64,000 nt of DNA from an uncultured Chitinophagaceae bacterium (GCA_963785915.1 CAWAWY010000005.1:24301-88300), one strand, 5' to 3'. Numbered from the stretch's first letter, positions 31,627 to 42,928 are shown. Numbers and translations: made by a program. The notes: generated from the letters alone by a model not told the origin.

Positions 31627-32742
31627 TTGGCGGGCATTTATATTCATATCCCTTTTTGTAAACAAGCCTGTCATTACTGCAATTTCCATTTTGCCACTTC
31701 GCTGAGACATAGAAACGAACTGGTAGCTGCTTTATTGAAGGAAACCGGTCTTCAGCACGAATATTTTAGTGGCGAAATGATCGAGACGATCTATTTTGGC
31801 GGCGGTACCCCTTCGTTATTGCAGATTGAAGATTTGCGATTGCAGATTGACAAGATCAGATCTCTCTTCACAGTTTCTGAAAATGCAGAAATAACGCTTG
31901 AGGCAAACCCGGATGATATCAACAAGGAAAAATTATTTAGCTGGAAACAAATTGGCATCAACCGCCTAAGCATTGGCGTACAAAGCTTTTTTGAAGAAGA
32001 TCTGAAATGGATGAACAGGGCTCATAATGCAGAACAGGCGATCAGCAGTCTTCAATTGGCAACACAGTATTTTAATAATATTACGATTGATCTCATTTAT
32101 GGAACTCCGTTATTGACCGATGAAAAATGGGAGCACAATGTAACGACAGCAATCCAGCTTAACATCCCACATCTTTCCTGCTATGCCTTAACGGTAGAAG
32201 CAAAAACTCCTTTGCAAAAAATGATAAGCCTTGGAAAGGCTGAAGATGTAAATCCTGATAAACAATCAGAACAATTTCTTTTGCTCATGCAATGGCTGGA
32301 AGCTGCCGGATATGAACATTATGAAATATCCAATTTTGCCAAGCCCGGTTTTCGCAGCCGGCACAACTCATCCTACTGGCAACGGAAGAAATATCTTGGC
32401 ATCGGCCCCTCTGCCCACTCTTTTGACGGCAACAGTCGTCAGTGGAATGTTTCTAACAATAGCGTTTATATTGAATCGATAGAGCAAGGCATTGTGCCAT
32501 TTGAAAAAGAAGTTTTAACCGCCGTTCAAAAGACCAATGAATACATTATGACCTCGCTGAGGACAATAGAAGGATTAGATCTTAATAAAGTTGAGAAAGA
32601 AGAAAATGATAAGATAATTGAAAAGAGCCGGCGATATATTGAAAGCGGATTAATGAAGTGCGGGAATAATTTTCTGAAATTGACAAAGAAGGGAAAACTG
32701 CTGGCCGATGGCATCGCGTCGGACCTTTTTTTTGATCAGTGA
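31627..32742 (+). CDS. hemW: radical SAM heme chaperone HemW
   Basis: 371 aa containing IYIHIPFCKQACHYCNF, GGGTPS and an HemN_C-like tail. Confidence 0.85.
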   Translation: MAGIYIHIPFCKQACHYCNFHFATSLRHRNELVAALLKETGLQHEYFSGEMIETIYFGGGTPSLLQIEDLRLQIDKIRSLFTVSENAEITLEANPDDINKEKLFSWKQIGINRLSIGVQSFFEEDLKWMNRAHNAEQAISSLQLATQYFNNITIDLIYGTPLLTDEKWEHNVTTAIQLNIPHLSCYALTVEAKTPLQKMISLGKAEDVNPDKQSEQFLLLMQWLEAAGYEHYEISNFAKPGFRSRHNSSYWQRKKYLGIGPSAHSFDGNSRQWNVSNNSVYIESIEQGIVPFEKEVLTAVQKTNEYIMTSLRTIEGLDLNKVEKEENDKIIEKSRRYIESGLMKCGNNFLKLTKKGKLLADGIASDLFFDQ

Positions 32743-32846
32743 TGATGCCTGCGATCTTTATATCTCCTGTATAAACCTGATACTATCACCAAGATCAGCA
32801 TGATCAATATTGCTGCAGGTCCAAATCCATTGAATGAGAGGGGCAT
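32736..32846 (-). CDS. possible 36-aa single-TM peptide downstream of gpsA
   Basis: MPLSFNGFGPAAILIMLILVIVSGLYRRYKDRRHHH starts 18 nt after the gpsA stop. There is no homology evidence. Confidence 0.25.
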   Translation of the reverse strand: MPLSFNGFGPAAILIMLILVIVSGLYRRYKDRRHHH

Positions 32847-32863
32847 TGTTTTGTCTTTGCCTA

Positions 32864-33901
32864 TCAGACCAAAACCTCTTCTATGCGTTTAAATCCATCA
32901 GCGGCTTTAACATTTTCCCATAATATTTTATAAACAGTCTCCGCAATGGGAATAGCAGCTTTCACAGTGCTATTAATATTGTAAATACATTTGGAAGCAT
33001 TATAACCTTCAGCGATCATATTCATCTCCAGTTGCGCCGTTTTTACAGAATAACCTTTACCGATCATGTTGCCGAATGTGCGGTTACGGCTGTATAATGA
33101 ATAACAGGTCACCAGCAGATCGCCGAGATAAACCGATGCCGCATAATTAGGCGTCCTGCGATGTGTGACAGGGTCTTCACCTTCATACTCACCAACAACT
33201 ATATGTTGGGCGCCGGATTTTTTTAAGAAGCCGGCCATTTCATCTGCAGCATTGGCAATATAAACGCTTAAAAAATTATCGCCATAATCAAGACCATGTG
33301 CGATGCCCGCTCCTAATGCATAAATGTTTTTCAATACAGCTGCATACTGCACACCAAGTATATCGCGGTTGACAATCGTACTTATATAGTCTGTGGTAAA
33401 ATGAGAAGCAATAGCAGAAGCGGTTGTAATATCCGTTCCGGAAAAAGTAAGGTAAGAAAGTTTTTCTGCCGCTACTTCTTCTGCATGACAAGGACCTAGT
33501 ACGGCAAAATAATTTTCAAGAGGAATATTAAATTGTTGCTCCAGGTAATAATTTAATAAAATATTTTGATTAGGCAAAAGACCTTTAATGGCAGATATAA
33601 TTTTTTTATCTTTCCAGTCAGCGGGACTTAAATGTTCTATGGTTTCTTCTATGAATGCTGACGGGACTGCAATAATCAATGTGTCAGATCCCGCTATTAC
33701 ATTTCTTATGTCCGGAGACATGTTCAGTAGTGCCACATCAAAATCAACCGAGTTGAGATAGTGAGGATTGTGATGCCGCTTTTGTATATGCTTTATCGAA
33801 TTCTCATTTCTTATCCACCAATTGATGGAATGATCCTTATCCGTAAGGATCTTTGCCAGGGCTGTTGCCCAGCTGCCACTGCCGATAATGCCGAAATTCA
33901 T
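32864..33901 (-). CDS. gpsA: NAD(P)H-dependent glycerol-3-phosphate dehydrogenase
   Basis: 345 aa containing IIGSGSWATALA, NPHYL and GPCHAEEVA. Confidence 0.9.
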   Translation of the reverse strand: MNFGIIGSGSWATALAKILTDKDHSINWWIRNENSIKHIQKRHHNPHYLNSVDFDVALLNMSPDIRNVIAGSDTLIIAVPSAFIEETIEHLSPADWKDKKIISAIKGLLPNQNILLNYYLEQQFNIPLENYFAVLGPCHAEEVAAEKLSYLTFSGTDITTASAIASHFTTDYISTIVNRDILGVQYAAVLKNIYALGAGIAHGLDYGDNFLSVYIANAADEMAGFLKKSGAQHIVVGEYEGEDPVTHRRTPNYAASVYLGDLLVTCYSLYSRNRTFGNMIGKGYSVKTAQLEMNMIAEGYNASKCIYNINSTVKAAIPIAETVYKILWENVKAADGFKRIEEVLV

Positions 33902-33974
33902 AACTGCGCTTTACATTGATTGAACAGATAGTAAAGAATAAAGGTAGCAAAGCCTCATATGACTTCATAAAATG

Positions 33975-33999
33975 AAAAAAACCCGGAACCGGGTTTTTT
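33975..33999 (-). terminator. terminator-like palindrome after the adaptor gene
   Basis: aaaaaaacccggaaccgggtttttt, a short GC stem flanked by A and T runs. Confidence 0.5.
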
Positions 34000-34034
34000 G
34001 TCAATACGACCAAACAAACACTCTAATCGATAAT

Positions 34035-35390
34035 TCATTTTTTAAACAACTCTTCCTTCGGTACAACTTTTACTTTCATCCCATCTTTCAATTTCTCACT
34101 GATCGCATTATACGGTCCCGTTATTACTTCATCACCTTCTTTTAAACCATCCAATACTTCAATATAGTTGATATCCTGGATGCCGGTTTTTACCACGGTC
34201 TTTTTCACCGTTCCATCTTTCTGCAATATAAAAACCACTTCTTCCAATTCACTGCCAGAGATTGCCGGGTTGATGCCCATTCCATTGTCATCAGGTTTCT
34301 TTTCCTGCTCTTCCTTTTTCTTATCCGCCATGCTTTTATCACTTCCTTTCACCCTTGCGTTTACTGACATGATCGGAACCGATAAAACATTATCATGCCT
34401 TTTTGTTTTTATATCCGCACTTGCATTCATACCGGGGCGAAAAGGAAAACGTTTGTCAACCAAGTCCTTATAAGAATCCTTATCCAACCTTATTCTCACT
34501 TCGTAGCTCGTCACATCATTCGAAGTGACGACGGAGCCTGAAGAAGTTTTAGTGCTGCTGGCGATCTGCGTCACCCTGCCTTTGAATTTCCGGTTATTGT
34601 ATGCATCCACCTCAATATCCGCCGAATCGCCGATATTGACTTTTACTATATCATTTTCTCCCACATCCACTCTCACTTCGAGTACACTCATGTCCGCTAC
34701 CGTCATCATTTCAGTACCGATATTAAAGCTATTACCAGCTACTCTTTCGCCTTCTTTTACTTTTAATGACGAGATCACACCATCCATCGGCGCCGTTAAG
34801 GTTGTTCTGCTCAGATCTTTGTTTGCTTTATTCAGGCTGGTCTGTGAAGATTGTACACCCGCCTGCAGACTTTTGATGTTTTCTTTCGCCGCGTTATAAT
34901 TAGCCAATGCCGAGCGATAGGTAGTTTCATATTGTTCCAGTTCAGCTTTGGAAATTATCTTTTGATCATACAGTGATTTATTCCTGTCGTAAGCCTGCTT
35001 CGCCTGGTCGAGTGATGCCTGCAATGCATCAATCGCAGCTTTACTGTTAGCTACGATCGCCTCTGAACGATTTACCTGCGAAGCCGCCTCATCTCTTTGC
35101 AACGCGTATATATCTGCATAGATGCGTGCCAGTACCTGCCCTTTCTTTACGCTGTCACCTTCCTGTACTTTCAGATCAGTGATCTGCCCCGAAATATCAG
35201 GACTTATTTTCACTTCCACCTCGGGATAAATATTTCCACTCGCCGTGACTGTTTCGATAATAGTTCGCTTACCAGCTTTTTCAATTGATACTTTTATTGA
35301 GTTGTCTTTACCGCCGACTAATTTTAAAATAATAAAAACGCCTACCACAACACCAACTATGATCAATATCCATTTAACTGTCTTATTCAT
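34035..35390 (-). CDS. efflux transporter periplasmic adaptor subunit (HlyD/MacA-like)
   Basis: 451 aa with an N-terminal TM, a lipoyl-like fold (GDSVKKGQVLARI) and a long coiled coil. Confidence 0.8.
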   Translation of the reverse strand: MNKTVKWILIIVGVVVGVFIILKLVGGKDNSIKVSIEKAGKRTIIETVTASGNIYPEVEVKISPDISGQITDLKVQEGDSVKKGQVLARIYADIYALQRDEAASQVNRSEAIVANSKAAIDALQASLDQAKQAYDRNKSLYDQKIISKAELEQYETTYRSALANYNAAKENIKSLQAGVQSSQTSLNKANKDLSRTTLTAPMDGVISSLKVKEGERVAGNSFNIGTEMMTVADMSVLEVRVDVGENDIVKVNIGDSADIEVDAYNNRKFKGRVTQIASSTKTSSGSVVTSNDVTSYEVRIRLDKDSYKDLVDKRFPFRPGMNASADIKTKRHDNVLSVPIMSVNARVKGSDKSMADKKKEEQEKKPDDNGMGINPAISGSELEEVVFILQKDGTVKKTVVKTGIQDINYIEVLDGLKEGDEVITGPYNAISEKLKDGMKVKVVPKEELFKK

Positions 35391-35691
35391 GTAATTCGAT
35401 TTAATTTTTTGTTTCCAGCGACATTAACACAGATGATCTTCCGTTGCCAGTTTACCCAGAGCGAAGCGAAGGGCTCCGTTTATCTTTCTGTTTTCTACTC
35501 AGCAATTCCTTAATAGTTTGCCCTGGGCATTTAACCTATCAATATTCGGAAAATCATCCAACTCATAGTTCAAAAATCTATTTATTATGTTCCGCCCCGA
35601 CGGGGCGTAGAGAACACTCTTTATCCCTTCTACAGACATATTGTCCCTACGGAACAAACACACTCACTTCTCACGCCTCACCGCTCACTTC

Positions 35692-37122
35692 TCACAACTT
35701 CAACCCCAGCCCCTTATAAAATTCCAGCAATTTCATTTTAAACACATAGTCGTATTGTGAATACAATCGCTGGCTTTTAGCTGTTGCTACGTTTGTTTGC
35801 AAGGTGACAAGATCATAAGTTGAAAGCAAACCCAGGTCATATCTTTTGCTTGCATAGTCATAAGCTTTTTGTGAGCTCTCTACCGTTTTTGTATCAGCAT
35901 TGAATTTTTGTAATGCCGCTACCGCATCATTGTAAGCGTTATAAATATCCTGCTTCAATGTATAAGCATTTTGTTCTTTTTGCAATTCAACCTGCTTTAC
36001 ATTTAATTTTGAACGTTCCCATGCAGTGCGCAAATTGCCGCCGTTCAATATCGGAACACTTACATTTATACCGATTGACTGCCGAAAATTCTGGTTCAAC
36101 TGGTCAAAATAGGTTACGTTTCCATATTTGTAGTTCGTCAATGGCATGTTGGGGAACACCTGGTAGTCCACACCACTCACCGTAACCAACCCGATGGGGA
36201 CGTTGACCAGCGAACTGGATTTTATTTCCCTCGCCCGGTTGTTATACGAAGAACCGATACTTCCAAATAATGAGAAAGTAGGATACATAGCTCCCTTCGC
36301 CGCCTTCACGTATTTCCGGGCAGCCAACAGGTTGAGCTCATCTACTTTTTGCTGCGGCATATTTACTGTCGCGAGATTATAAACTGCGGCAGGCTGCAGG
36401 TCAGCCAAACTTTCCAACGGTATAAAATCTACAGGTGGCGTCTCTATATCAAATGGCTTTGCAGGATCAAGGTTCAGTAACACTTCCATCTGCAAGAGTA
36501 ACTTGTCAGCATTTGTTTGCGCAGACACAAGAGCCGAACTATCGCTGGCTAATACGGATTCGAGATTTACCGCATCCAATTCTGGGAGCTTTCCAGCATC
36601 TACCTGTTTACGCGTACTTTCCAGTTGTGACTGCGACTCCCCTATCTTCGAATGTGCCAGCGACACTTGCTCCCTTGCCAATAGCACCTGCAGGTAGGCA
36701 ACAGCAACATTCAGCGCTACATCATTCTTTGCTTTTTCGAGTCCTTCTTTGGTTGCCTGCAGATCTAGGTCCCTGGCCGCAGTTGTATTTTTTTTACTGA
36801 ACCAGTTAAAAAGATCGACACTGGCTTGCAATGTCGTATTATTAAAAGTGTAGCCAGTTGTAATAAGACCGAAGGTTGTAGGGTCCTGGTTGCGGCCTGA
36901 ACTATATCCAACACTGCTGCTGAAATTGGCGAATGGGAGTTGCGACCATTTACTTTGCTGCAGATCTAATTGCGCAAACCGGGTTTGCAGATCAGCTTGC
37001 CTGACGGTAATATTATTTTCGAGCGCATATTGAACACATTTTTGAAGATCCCATTTCTCCTGCGCAAAGGAATATGTGAACGTTAGTAAAGCAACGAAAA
37101 AATTTATAACCCGCATTTTCAT
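35692..37122 (-). CDS. TolC family outer membrane efflux protein
   Basis: Start moved to MKMRVINFFVALLTFTYSFAQ. Two-repeat TolC architecture. Confidence 0.8.
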   Translation of the reverse strand: MKMRVINFFVALLTFTYSFAQEKWDLQKCVQYALENNITVRQADLQTRFAQLDLQQSKWSQLPFANFSSSVGYSSGRNQDPTTFGLITTGYTFNNTTLQASVDLFNWFSKKNTTAARDLDLQATKEGLEKAKNDVALNVAVAYLQVLLAREQVSLAHSKIGESQSQLESTRKQVDAGKLPELDAVNLESVLASDSSALVSAQTNADKLLLQMEVLLNLDPAKPFDIETPPVDFIPLESLADLQPAAVYNLATVNMPQQKVDELNLLAARKYVKAAKGAMYPTFSLFGSIGSSYNNRAREIKSSSLVNVPIGLVTVSGVDYQVFPNMPLTNYKYGNVTYFDQLNQNFRQSIGINVSVPILNGGNLRTAWERSKLNVKQVELQKEQNAYTLKQDIYNAYNDAVAALQKFNADTKTVESSQKAYDYASKRYDLGLLSTYDLVTLQTNVATAKSQRLYSQYDYVFKMKLLEFYKGLGLKL

Positions 37123-37401
37123 GCGGCAAAAATAACTGAAATACAATGTGCAGATACTGATTTTTTATAAATGGGGGTTAAAAATTTTACCCCCTGTTAA
37201 TTTGAAAAAGGTTCATCGGGAATTCTATTTCTTCTTCAAAAGTAGCTTCACACTGCTCTATTCATTCGCTGCATCTATAAATTCGAGAAGTTTGTCCCAG
37301 TCGGGCAACAAAAAAGATATGCGACCAAAAAGCCGGCTTCATTCAGCATATAGTTATGACTCTGTCTTGACGGTTACAAAGGGGAAAAAGAAATATTTAT
37401 T

Positions 37402-38568
37402 CTACGCGAATGCCTTGTCCAGCGCCTGTTCGAGGTCGCTTATAAGATATTCGGGATCTTCCAGTCCGACATACATTCGTATATATCTATGCTCCCGATT
37501 GGAAGGGTCAAAATCTTTAGGTTGAATACCAGAGCATTTGGGTATCACCAGACTTTCATGTCCTCCCCAGCTTACTGCCATCGTGATATGTTGAAGGCTT
37601 TCGCAGAATCTCACAATTGATTCCATTTTACTAACCTTAAGAACAACTGTGAACAATCCACAGGCGCCAGCCATTTGTCGTTTTGCAAGTTCATATTGCG
37701 GAAAAGAATCATCGAATGGGAAAATAACGGATTCGACTTTGGAGTGCTTCTTTAAGAATTCGACCACTTGCTTAGTTGATCTTGTAATGCGATCAAACCT
37801 GGCAGGAAGCGTTCGTAATCCTCTTATAAGGAGCCATGCATTGAAGGGCTGAATACCACTACCAATGTTCAGATATTCGCTGTCGAACATTTTTTTCATC
37901 ATCGAATGAGAACCGCTTAATACACCTCCCAATGTATCGCTATGTCCACTGATATATTTTGTTGCCGTCTGCATGGATAGATCAATCCCCATTCCAACAG
38001 GCTTTTGATACAACGGCGAGCAATAACTGTTATCAATCATCGTGATAATGTTCTTTGATCTTGCTAAACCTGCAACGGCTTTTATATCCTGTAACGCAAA
38101 ATCCCAGCTATTGGGCGATTCGAGATAATATAATGTTGTATTATCCTTCGTTGCTTCCTCCCAATTTTTAATTTCGGTACCGTCAATATAAGTAGTGCTG
38201 ACATTGAAGCGAGGTAATATGACATCAAACATTCTTTGCGCCCATGTGTAGGGAGCTTTGACCGAAACAATATGATCACCTGCTTTTACATTGGCGAGGA
38301 CACCTGCGAAGATCGCTGCAGCGCCACTATTGAATACCAAACAATCTTCTGCATTATCCAGTGCGGCTAATTTTTTCCGAAGAATCTCCACAGTTGGATT
38401 CAGACCACGGCTATATAAATAAGAACCCATCTCATCTTCAAAGGCTTTTCGCAGATCATCTACTTTTTTAAAACCAAAATTGCTGGTCTGCATGATAGGA
38501 GGAGAAATTGCATTGAAATAATTCTCTCTTTCTTCACCCAGCTCATTTATTATATAAGAAAGGTCCAT
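37402..38568 (-). CDS. PLP-dependent trans-sulfuration family enzyme (cystathionine gamma-synthase/lyase-like)
   Basis: Start moved to MDLSYIINELGEE. Contains the lysine motif TKYISGHSD and a Cys/Met-metabolism fold. Confidence 0.75.
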   Translation of the reverse strand: MDLSYIINELGEERENYFNAISPPIMQTSNFGFKKVDDLRKAFEDEMGSYLYSRGLNPTVEILRKKLAALDNAEDCLVFNSGAAAIFAGVLANVKAGDHIVSVKAPYTWAQRMFDVILPRFNVSTTYIDGTEIKNWEEATKDNTTLYYLESPNSWDFALQDIKAVAGLARSKNIITMIDNSYCSPLYQKPVGMGIDLSMQTATKYISGHSDTLGGVLSGSHSMMKKMFDSEYLNIGSGIQPFNAWLLIRGLRTLPARFDRITRSTKQVVEFLKKHSKVESVIFPFDDSFPQYELAKRQMAGACGLFTVVLKVSKMESIVRFCESLQHITMAVSWGGHESLVIPKCSGIQPKDFDPSNREHRYIRMYVGLEDPEYLISDLEQALDKAFA

Positions 38569-38569
38569 C

Positions 38570-39905
38570 TTATAACTTTTGTTTTCGCAGATTCTTAGTT
38601 GCAAAATAAATTAATAAGAAAGCTATGAATACAGAGATCCCAATCACTGCATACATTGGGTCGGAAATAGCTATCACCGTTCCGACAAATATATAGGCTA
38701 TAATAAAAATGACCGGCAGTAATGGGTACAACTTCATGGAATAAATGCCTGTGCCATCAAGATGTTTTGTTCTTTTCCTTAAAATAAAAATAGTGGCGGC
38801 CGATGTCGCCATACCGATAGAATCGAGAAAAATAGTGAAGCTTAATATCTCGTTGAATTTTTTGGCAAAAAACAATACTACTACACAAATAGCGGCAAAG
38901 ACCGTAAGGCTTACCGTCAAAACATCTTTCTTTTCATCTTTCTTTTTAAAAGCTTTTGGCAATATCCCGTCTTCACTCATGGCATACATCACTCTTGGAT
39001 TGCTCAGCAACAAAACATTTACATAAGCGAGCACTGCAATGAACAGCAAAATAGATGAGGCATACCTGCCGGTTGTTCCAAACATTTTTTCCGCAATGAT
39101 CGCGGCGATGCCCGATGTTTCTTTCAGTTCATTAAAACCAATCACTTTGTAATAAGCGTAACTCACGACGAGATAAAGAGAAACGATAACCAGAATACCG
39201 ATAAAGATCCCTCTTGGAATATTTTTTTGTGGATTCTCTATCTCTTCGCCAAAATTGATGGTCTGCTGGTAACCACCATAGGTAAAAGATGTTGCTTTCA
39301 AAGCAATGCCAAAAGAGAGAAGAATAGCGCCAAAACTTTTCGTATCCAGGTCAACAGCAGCTTGCGGAGCAGTATTATAAAATTGAGGAAAGAAAATAGA
39401 GGCGATCAATATCAACAACATTCCGATTTTGATCAGCATTAAGAACATTCTGCGTTTTCGAACTCATCCGTAAGCCCATCAGGTTTACACCATAAAAAAT
39501 TACGATCGCCGACATGGCGATCATCGCTTTTACAAAATCGGTTGTTCCTGACGTAAAAATGAGCGGCGTTATATACTCACTCCCGATCAATGCAACGCCG
39601 GACAATGAAGCTGCATTGGATATAAGTATGATGCAATTGATCGCAAAAGCAATAGAAGGATGATAGGCATAAGAAAATATCTTATAGTAGCCCCCCGTCA
39701 CAGGATACCGGCTTCCGATCTCTGCATAGGTCAATGCTCCGCAAAAAGCGACCAGCCCTCCGACTATCCAGGCTGTAAAAAAAAGTGTAGGCGTTAAAGC
39801 GGCTTGTGCGGCGTCTTTCGAGGTCCTGAAAATTCCCATCCCGATCACCAGTCCGATCACGATCATGGTCAGGGAAAACAGGCCGAGCTTATTTTTCGAT
39901 GCCAT
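38570..39905 (-). pseudogene. APC family amino acid permease, frameshifted (or sequencing error)
   Basis: ORF 39375-39905 and ORF 38570-39448 join as ..SSKTQNVL|MLIKIGMLLIL.. with a 1-nt change near 39438-39443. Confidence 0.75.
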
Positions 39906-39962
39906 GCAATGAAGATAGGGAAAAAACGTTCTAACTTTGCCCTGCTTACTAAAGCCAAATCT

Positions 39963-42044
39963 ATGAAACCAACTATACTCTGCTTGATATCTCTGCTATT
40001 CGTATCCCTGTCCTGTTTCTCTCAAGATGATCAAACTGATTCCACAAAAACATTAGGCGAAGTAACGGTAAAAGCCTACGAACAAAACCGAAAACTGATC
40101 GAGGTTGCTGCTCCAATCAGTTTTACCGGTCAATCGCAATTAAAACGGTTTGGCAATACAAGCATCTTACCTGCTATCAATATCACTCCCGGTGTAAGAA
40201 TGGAAGAACGTTCGCCGGGAAGTTATCGCCTCAATATACGCGGCAGTTCATTACGTTCTCCCTTTGGTGTACGAGATGTAAAAATATATTTGAATGAAAT
40301 ACCCCTTACCGATCCAAGTGGCAATACCTATCTGAACCAATTGAGTTTTTATAATTTCAATTCTATTGAGATCATTAAAGGACCGGCAAGCAGTCTTTAT
40401 GGAGCAGGCACCGGTGGCGCTATGCTGATACATACACTTCCTGTCAACTGGCAACAGGGAATTTCGTTAGATTATTTTACCGGCAGCTTTAATACCAATG
40501 GTATAAATATTAATGTAAAAGCCGGCGATACCGATCATAAAAATAGTTTCAACTATTCACATTTAAAGAGCGATGGATACCGGGTGCAAACAAGAATGCG
40601 AAAAGATATCGCGAGCTGGGAAACTGAACTCAAAGCAAGTGAACGACAAACATTACATGCATTCATATCCTACAGTGATTTTTTCTACCAGACTCCCGGT
40701 GCTTTGACCTTAACTCAATATAATGCTGATCCGAGGCAAGCAAGACCGCAGGCCGGAACACAACCCAGCGCCGTACAAAACAAAGCTGCTATCTATCAAA
40801 AAATTTTTATTGCCGGGTTCAGCGATGAATTCCGTTTTAATGAAAATTGGCAAAATACCACGGCTGTTTATGGGTCATATACCGATTTTACCAATCCCGG
40901 TATCAGGGTTTATGAATTCAGGAAAGAGCCTCATTTCGGAGGACGGAGCGTATTTACTTTTAAAAAACAGTTACATGAGACAAGCCTGCAACTGAATTTC
41001 GGAACAGAGGCGCAGAAAGGTTTTTTTAATACAAAAGATTTCGGCAACAAACAAGGTACAGCCGATTCGTTGCAATTGGATAATAATATCAACCTTTGGC
41101 AATATATGGTCTTTGTGCAGGCAGATATAAGATTCAAACATGGATGGATCGTTACTGCCGGAGTGAGTTTCAACAAATCATCAGTTCTGTTCATCAATTT
41201 ATTATCCCGGCCATCTACTACACAGAAAAGATCCTTTGAAAATAAATTACCTCCTCATCTCGCTCTTCTTAAAATGATCACGAAGAATATTTCAGTCTAT
41301 GGAAGTATGGCAAGGGGCTTTTCAACACCTACGGTTTCTGAAATGTTGCGTTCCGATGGACTGTTTGGTACTACGCTTCAACCGCAAGACGGCATAGATT
41401 ATGAGATAGGTGCCAGGGGCAATCTTTTTCATGGAAGGTTATATTTTGATGTCAATGGATTTCTCTTTCATCTAAAGAATACGATCGTTCAAAGAATAGA
41501 CACGGCCGGCGTGTTCTATTATGTAAATGCAGGTTCCACCAAACAAAACGGTATTGAGTCTTTAGTTTCGTATGAGTTGTCGGCCAGCCCGCGACATTTT
41601 ATTAGCTCGGCTAAGATATGGATCAGCTATGCCAACCATAATTTTCACTATCAGAGTTTCAAACAGGTCAATACTGATTTTTCCGGAAAAAAGTTACCCG
41701 GTGTTCCCCGGCAGACAGTAATTGCCGGTGCTGATATTTCCACCAGGATAGGTATTTATTGTAATGCTACCTACAATTATTCAGACCCGGTTGCATTGAA
41801 TGACGCCAATAGCGCTTTTGCAACTTCCTATAACCTGCTGGGTGCGAGGCTTGGTTTCAGGAAAATTTTCAATAGAAAGTTTAAGGTTGAGATTTTCACA
41901 GGAGCGGATAATCTTTTTGATACAAAATATAGCCTGGGCAATGATATTAATGCAGCGGCAGGACGTTATTTTAATGCAGCCCCAGGAAGAAATTATTTTG
42001 TTGGAATAGCGCTGCAATATCTTAATGGTCTTAAAAAATCATAA
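39963..42044 (+). CDS. TonB-dependent receptor
   Basis: Start moved to MKPTILCLISLLFVSLSCFSQ. Has a plug domain (IEIIKGPASSLYG) and a barrel ending in a C-terminal aromatic-rich strand. Confidence 0.8.
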   Translation: MKPTILCLISLLFVSLSCFSQDDQTDSTKTLGEVTVKAYEQNRKLIEVAAPISFTGQSQLKRFGNTSILPAINITPGVRMEERSPGSYRLNIRGSSLRSPFGVRDVKIYLNEIPLTDPSGNTYLNQLSFYNFNSIEIIKGPASSLYGAGTGGAMLIHTLPVNWQQGISLDYFTGSFNTNGININVKAGDTDHKNSFNYSHLKSDGYRVQTRMRKDIASWETELKASERQTLHAFISYSDFFYQTPGALTLTQYNADPRQARPQAGTQPSAVQNKAAIYQKIFIAGFSDEFRFNENWQNTTAVYGSYTDFTNPGIRVYEFRKEPHFGGRSVFTFKKQLHETSLQLNFGTEAQKGFFNTKDFGNKQGTADSLQLDNNINLWQYMVFVQADIRFKHGWIVTAGVSFNKSSVLFINLLSRPSTTQKRSFENKLPPHLALLKMITKNISVYGSMARGFSTPTVSEMLRSDGLFGTTLQPQDGIDYEIGARGNLFHGRLYFDVNGFLFHLKNTIVQRIDTAGVFYYVNAGSTKQNGIESLVSYELSASPRHFISSAKIWISYANHNFHYQSFKQVNTDFSGKKLPGVPRQTVIAGADISTRIGIYCNATYNYSDPVALNDANSAFATSYNLLGARLGFRKIFNRKFKVEIFTGADNLFDTKYSLGNDINAAAGRYFNAAPGRNYFVGIALQYLNGLKKS

Positions 42045-42048
42045 AAAA

Positions 42049-42075
42049 AGCAGCCGGGAATCCAGCCGCTTTTTC
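42049..42075 (+). terminator. rho-independent terminator after the TonB-dependent receptor
   Basis: Imperfect hairpin agcagccgg/ccagccgct followed by ttttt. Confidence 0.6.
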
Positions 42076-42116
42076 ATTATCCGTCCGATATCCTGGTTGA
42101 TCACTCAACGATCTTT

Positions 42117-42437
42117 TTACAATTTTATGAATGTAAATGATCTCGTTTTTTTACCAGTAATTACATTCACTGCATAAAGCCCGCTTCTTAACCCGCTGAC
42201 ATCTACCTGGAAAATTCTTTGCTTATTGCCGACACTAACTGTTTTAACCAATTCGCCGCCGGATGAATATATTTTCAAAGTTGATGGCCCATCTGTAATG
42301 CCGGATTCAATGGTTAAAACATCATTCGCAGGGTTAGGGTACACTTTAAACCCGCTTTCTTCGGCGATCTCAGTTTTCAATTTAGCAACGGACGAGGCTA
42401 TTACTTTTTTATCTTCTTCTTCGCTTCGGGAACACAC
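42117..42437 (-). pseudogene. remnant carrying only a T9SS C-terminal sorting domain
   Basis: KVYPNPANDVLTIE...LYAVNVITGKKTRSFTFIKL is a Por-secretion CTD. No cargo domain or signal peptide lies upstream. Confidence 0.55.
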
Positions 42438-42637
42438 TTCAGTATGAAAAGCATTTGCCTGGAAGTTGGATAGGTTTGTATTTCTTTTTATGATTTCTGA
42501 GAAAGTCGTATTCCTTACCCCGTTCTTTATTTCCCCGGGAAGAAAAACGATTTCTCAAGTCAGCGATAAAGGCGATCGATCTTACTCAAACAAAGGTCGT
42601 CAACGAGGAAACGATCTTCATACGTTCAACCTATCAT

Positions 42638-42928
42638 TTGATAAGGATCAATCTTGATGACATTGAATATATAGAGAGCAAGGAGAATGATATCAGGATA
42701 CATCTTGCCGGGAGAAAATCAGTTATGACATCGATGCCACTCAAAACGATCATGGAAAAATTACCAGCGGGAAAATTTATGCGTATCCACCGAAGCTACA
42801 TAATACCGGTAGATAAAATAAAATACATTGGTAACCGAAAGATAAAATTGAACATAACGGAACTGCCGGTAAGCGGCAGCTATTCAGAAAACCTAAAATC
42901 GCTATTGAATAAATTTAAACTAGTTTAG
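42638..42928 (+). CDS. LytTR DNA-binding domain protein, probably a truncated LytTR response regulator
   Basis: 96 aa LytTR domain (IEYIES, RIHRSYII). Upstream, 42490-42640 reads in other frames as a receiver-linker relic (..FLTPF.., RFLKSAIKAIDL). Confidence 0.6.
   Translation: MIRINLDDIEYIESKENDIRIHLAGRKSVMTSMPLKTIMEKLPAGKFMRIHRSYIIPVDKIKYIGNRKIKLNITELPVSGSYSENLKSLLNKFKLV

Noticed and set aside
35444-35719. 91-aa plus-strand ORF in the TolC/adaptor spacer.
   Set aside because: Its translation is repeat-derived (..PERSEGLR.., ..APTGRREHS.., ..LTSHASPLTSH..). It has no start context and sits opposite the operon direction.
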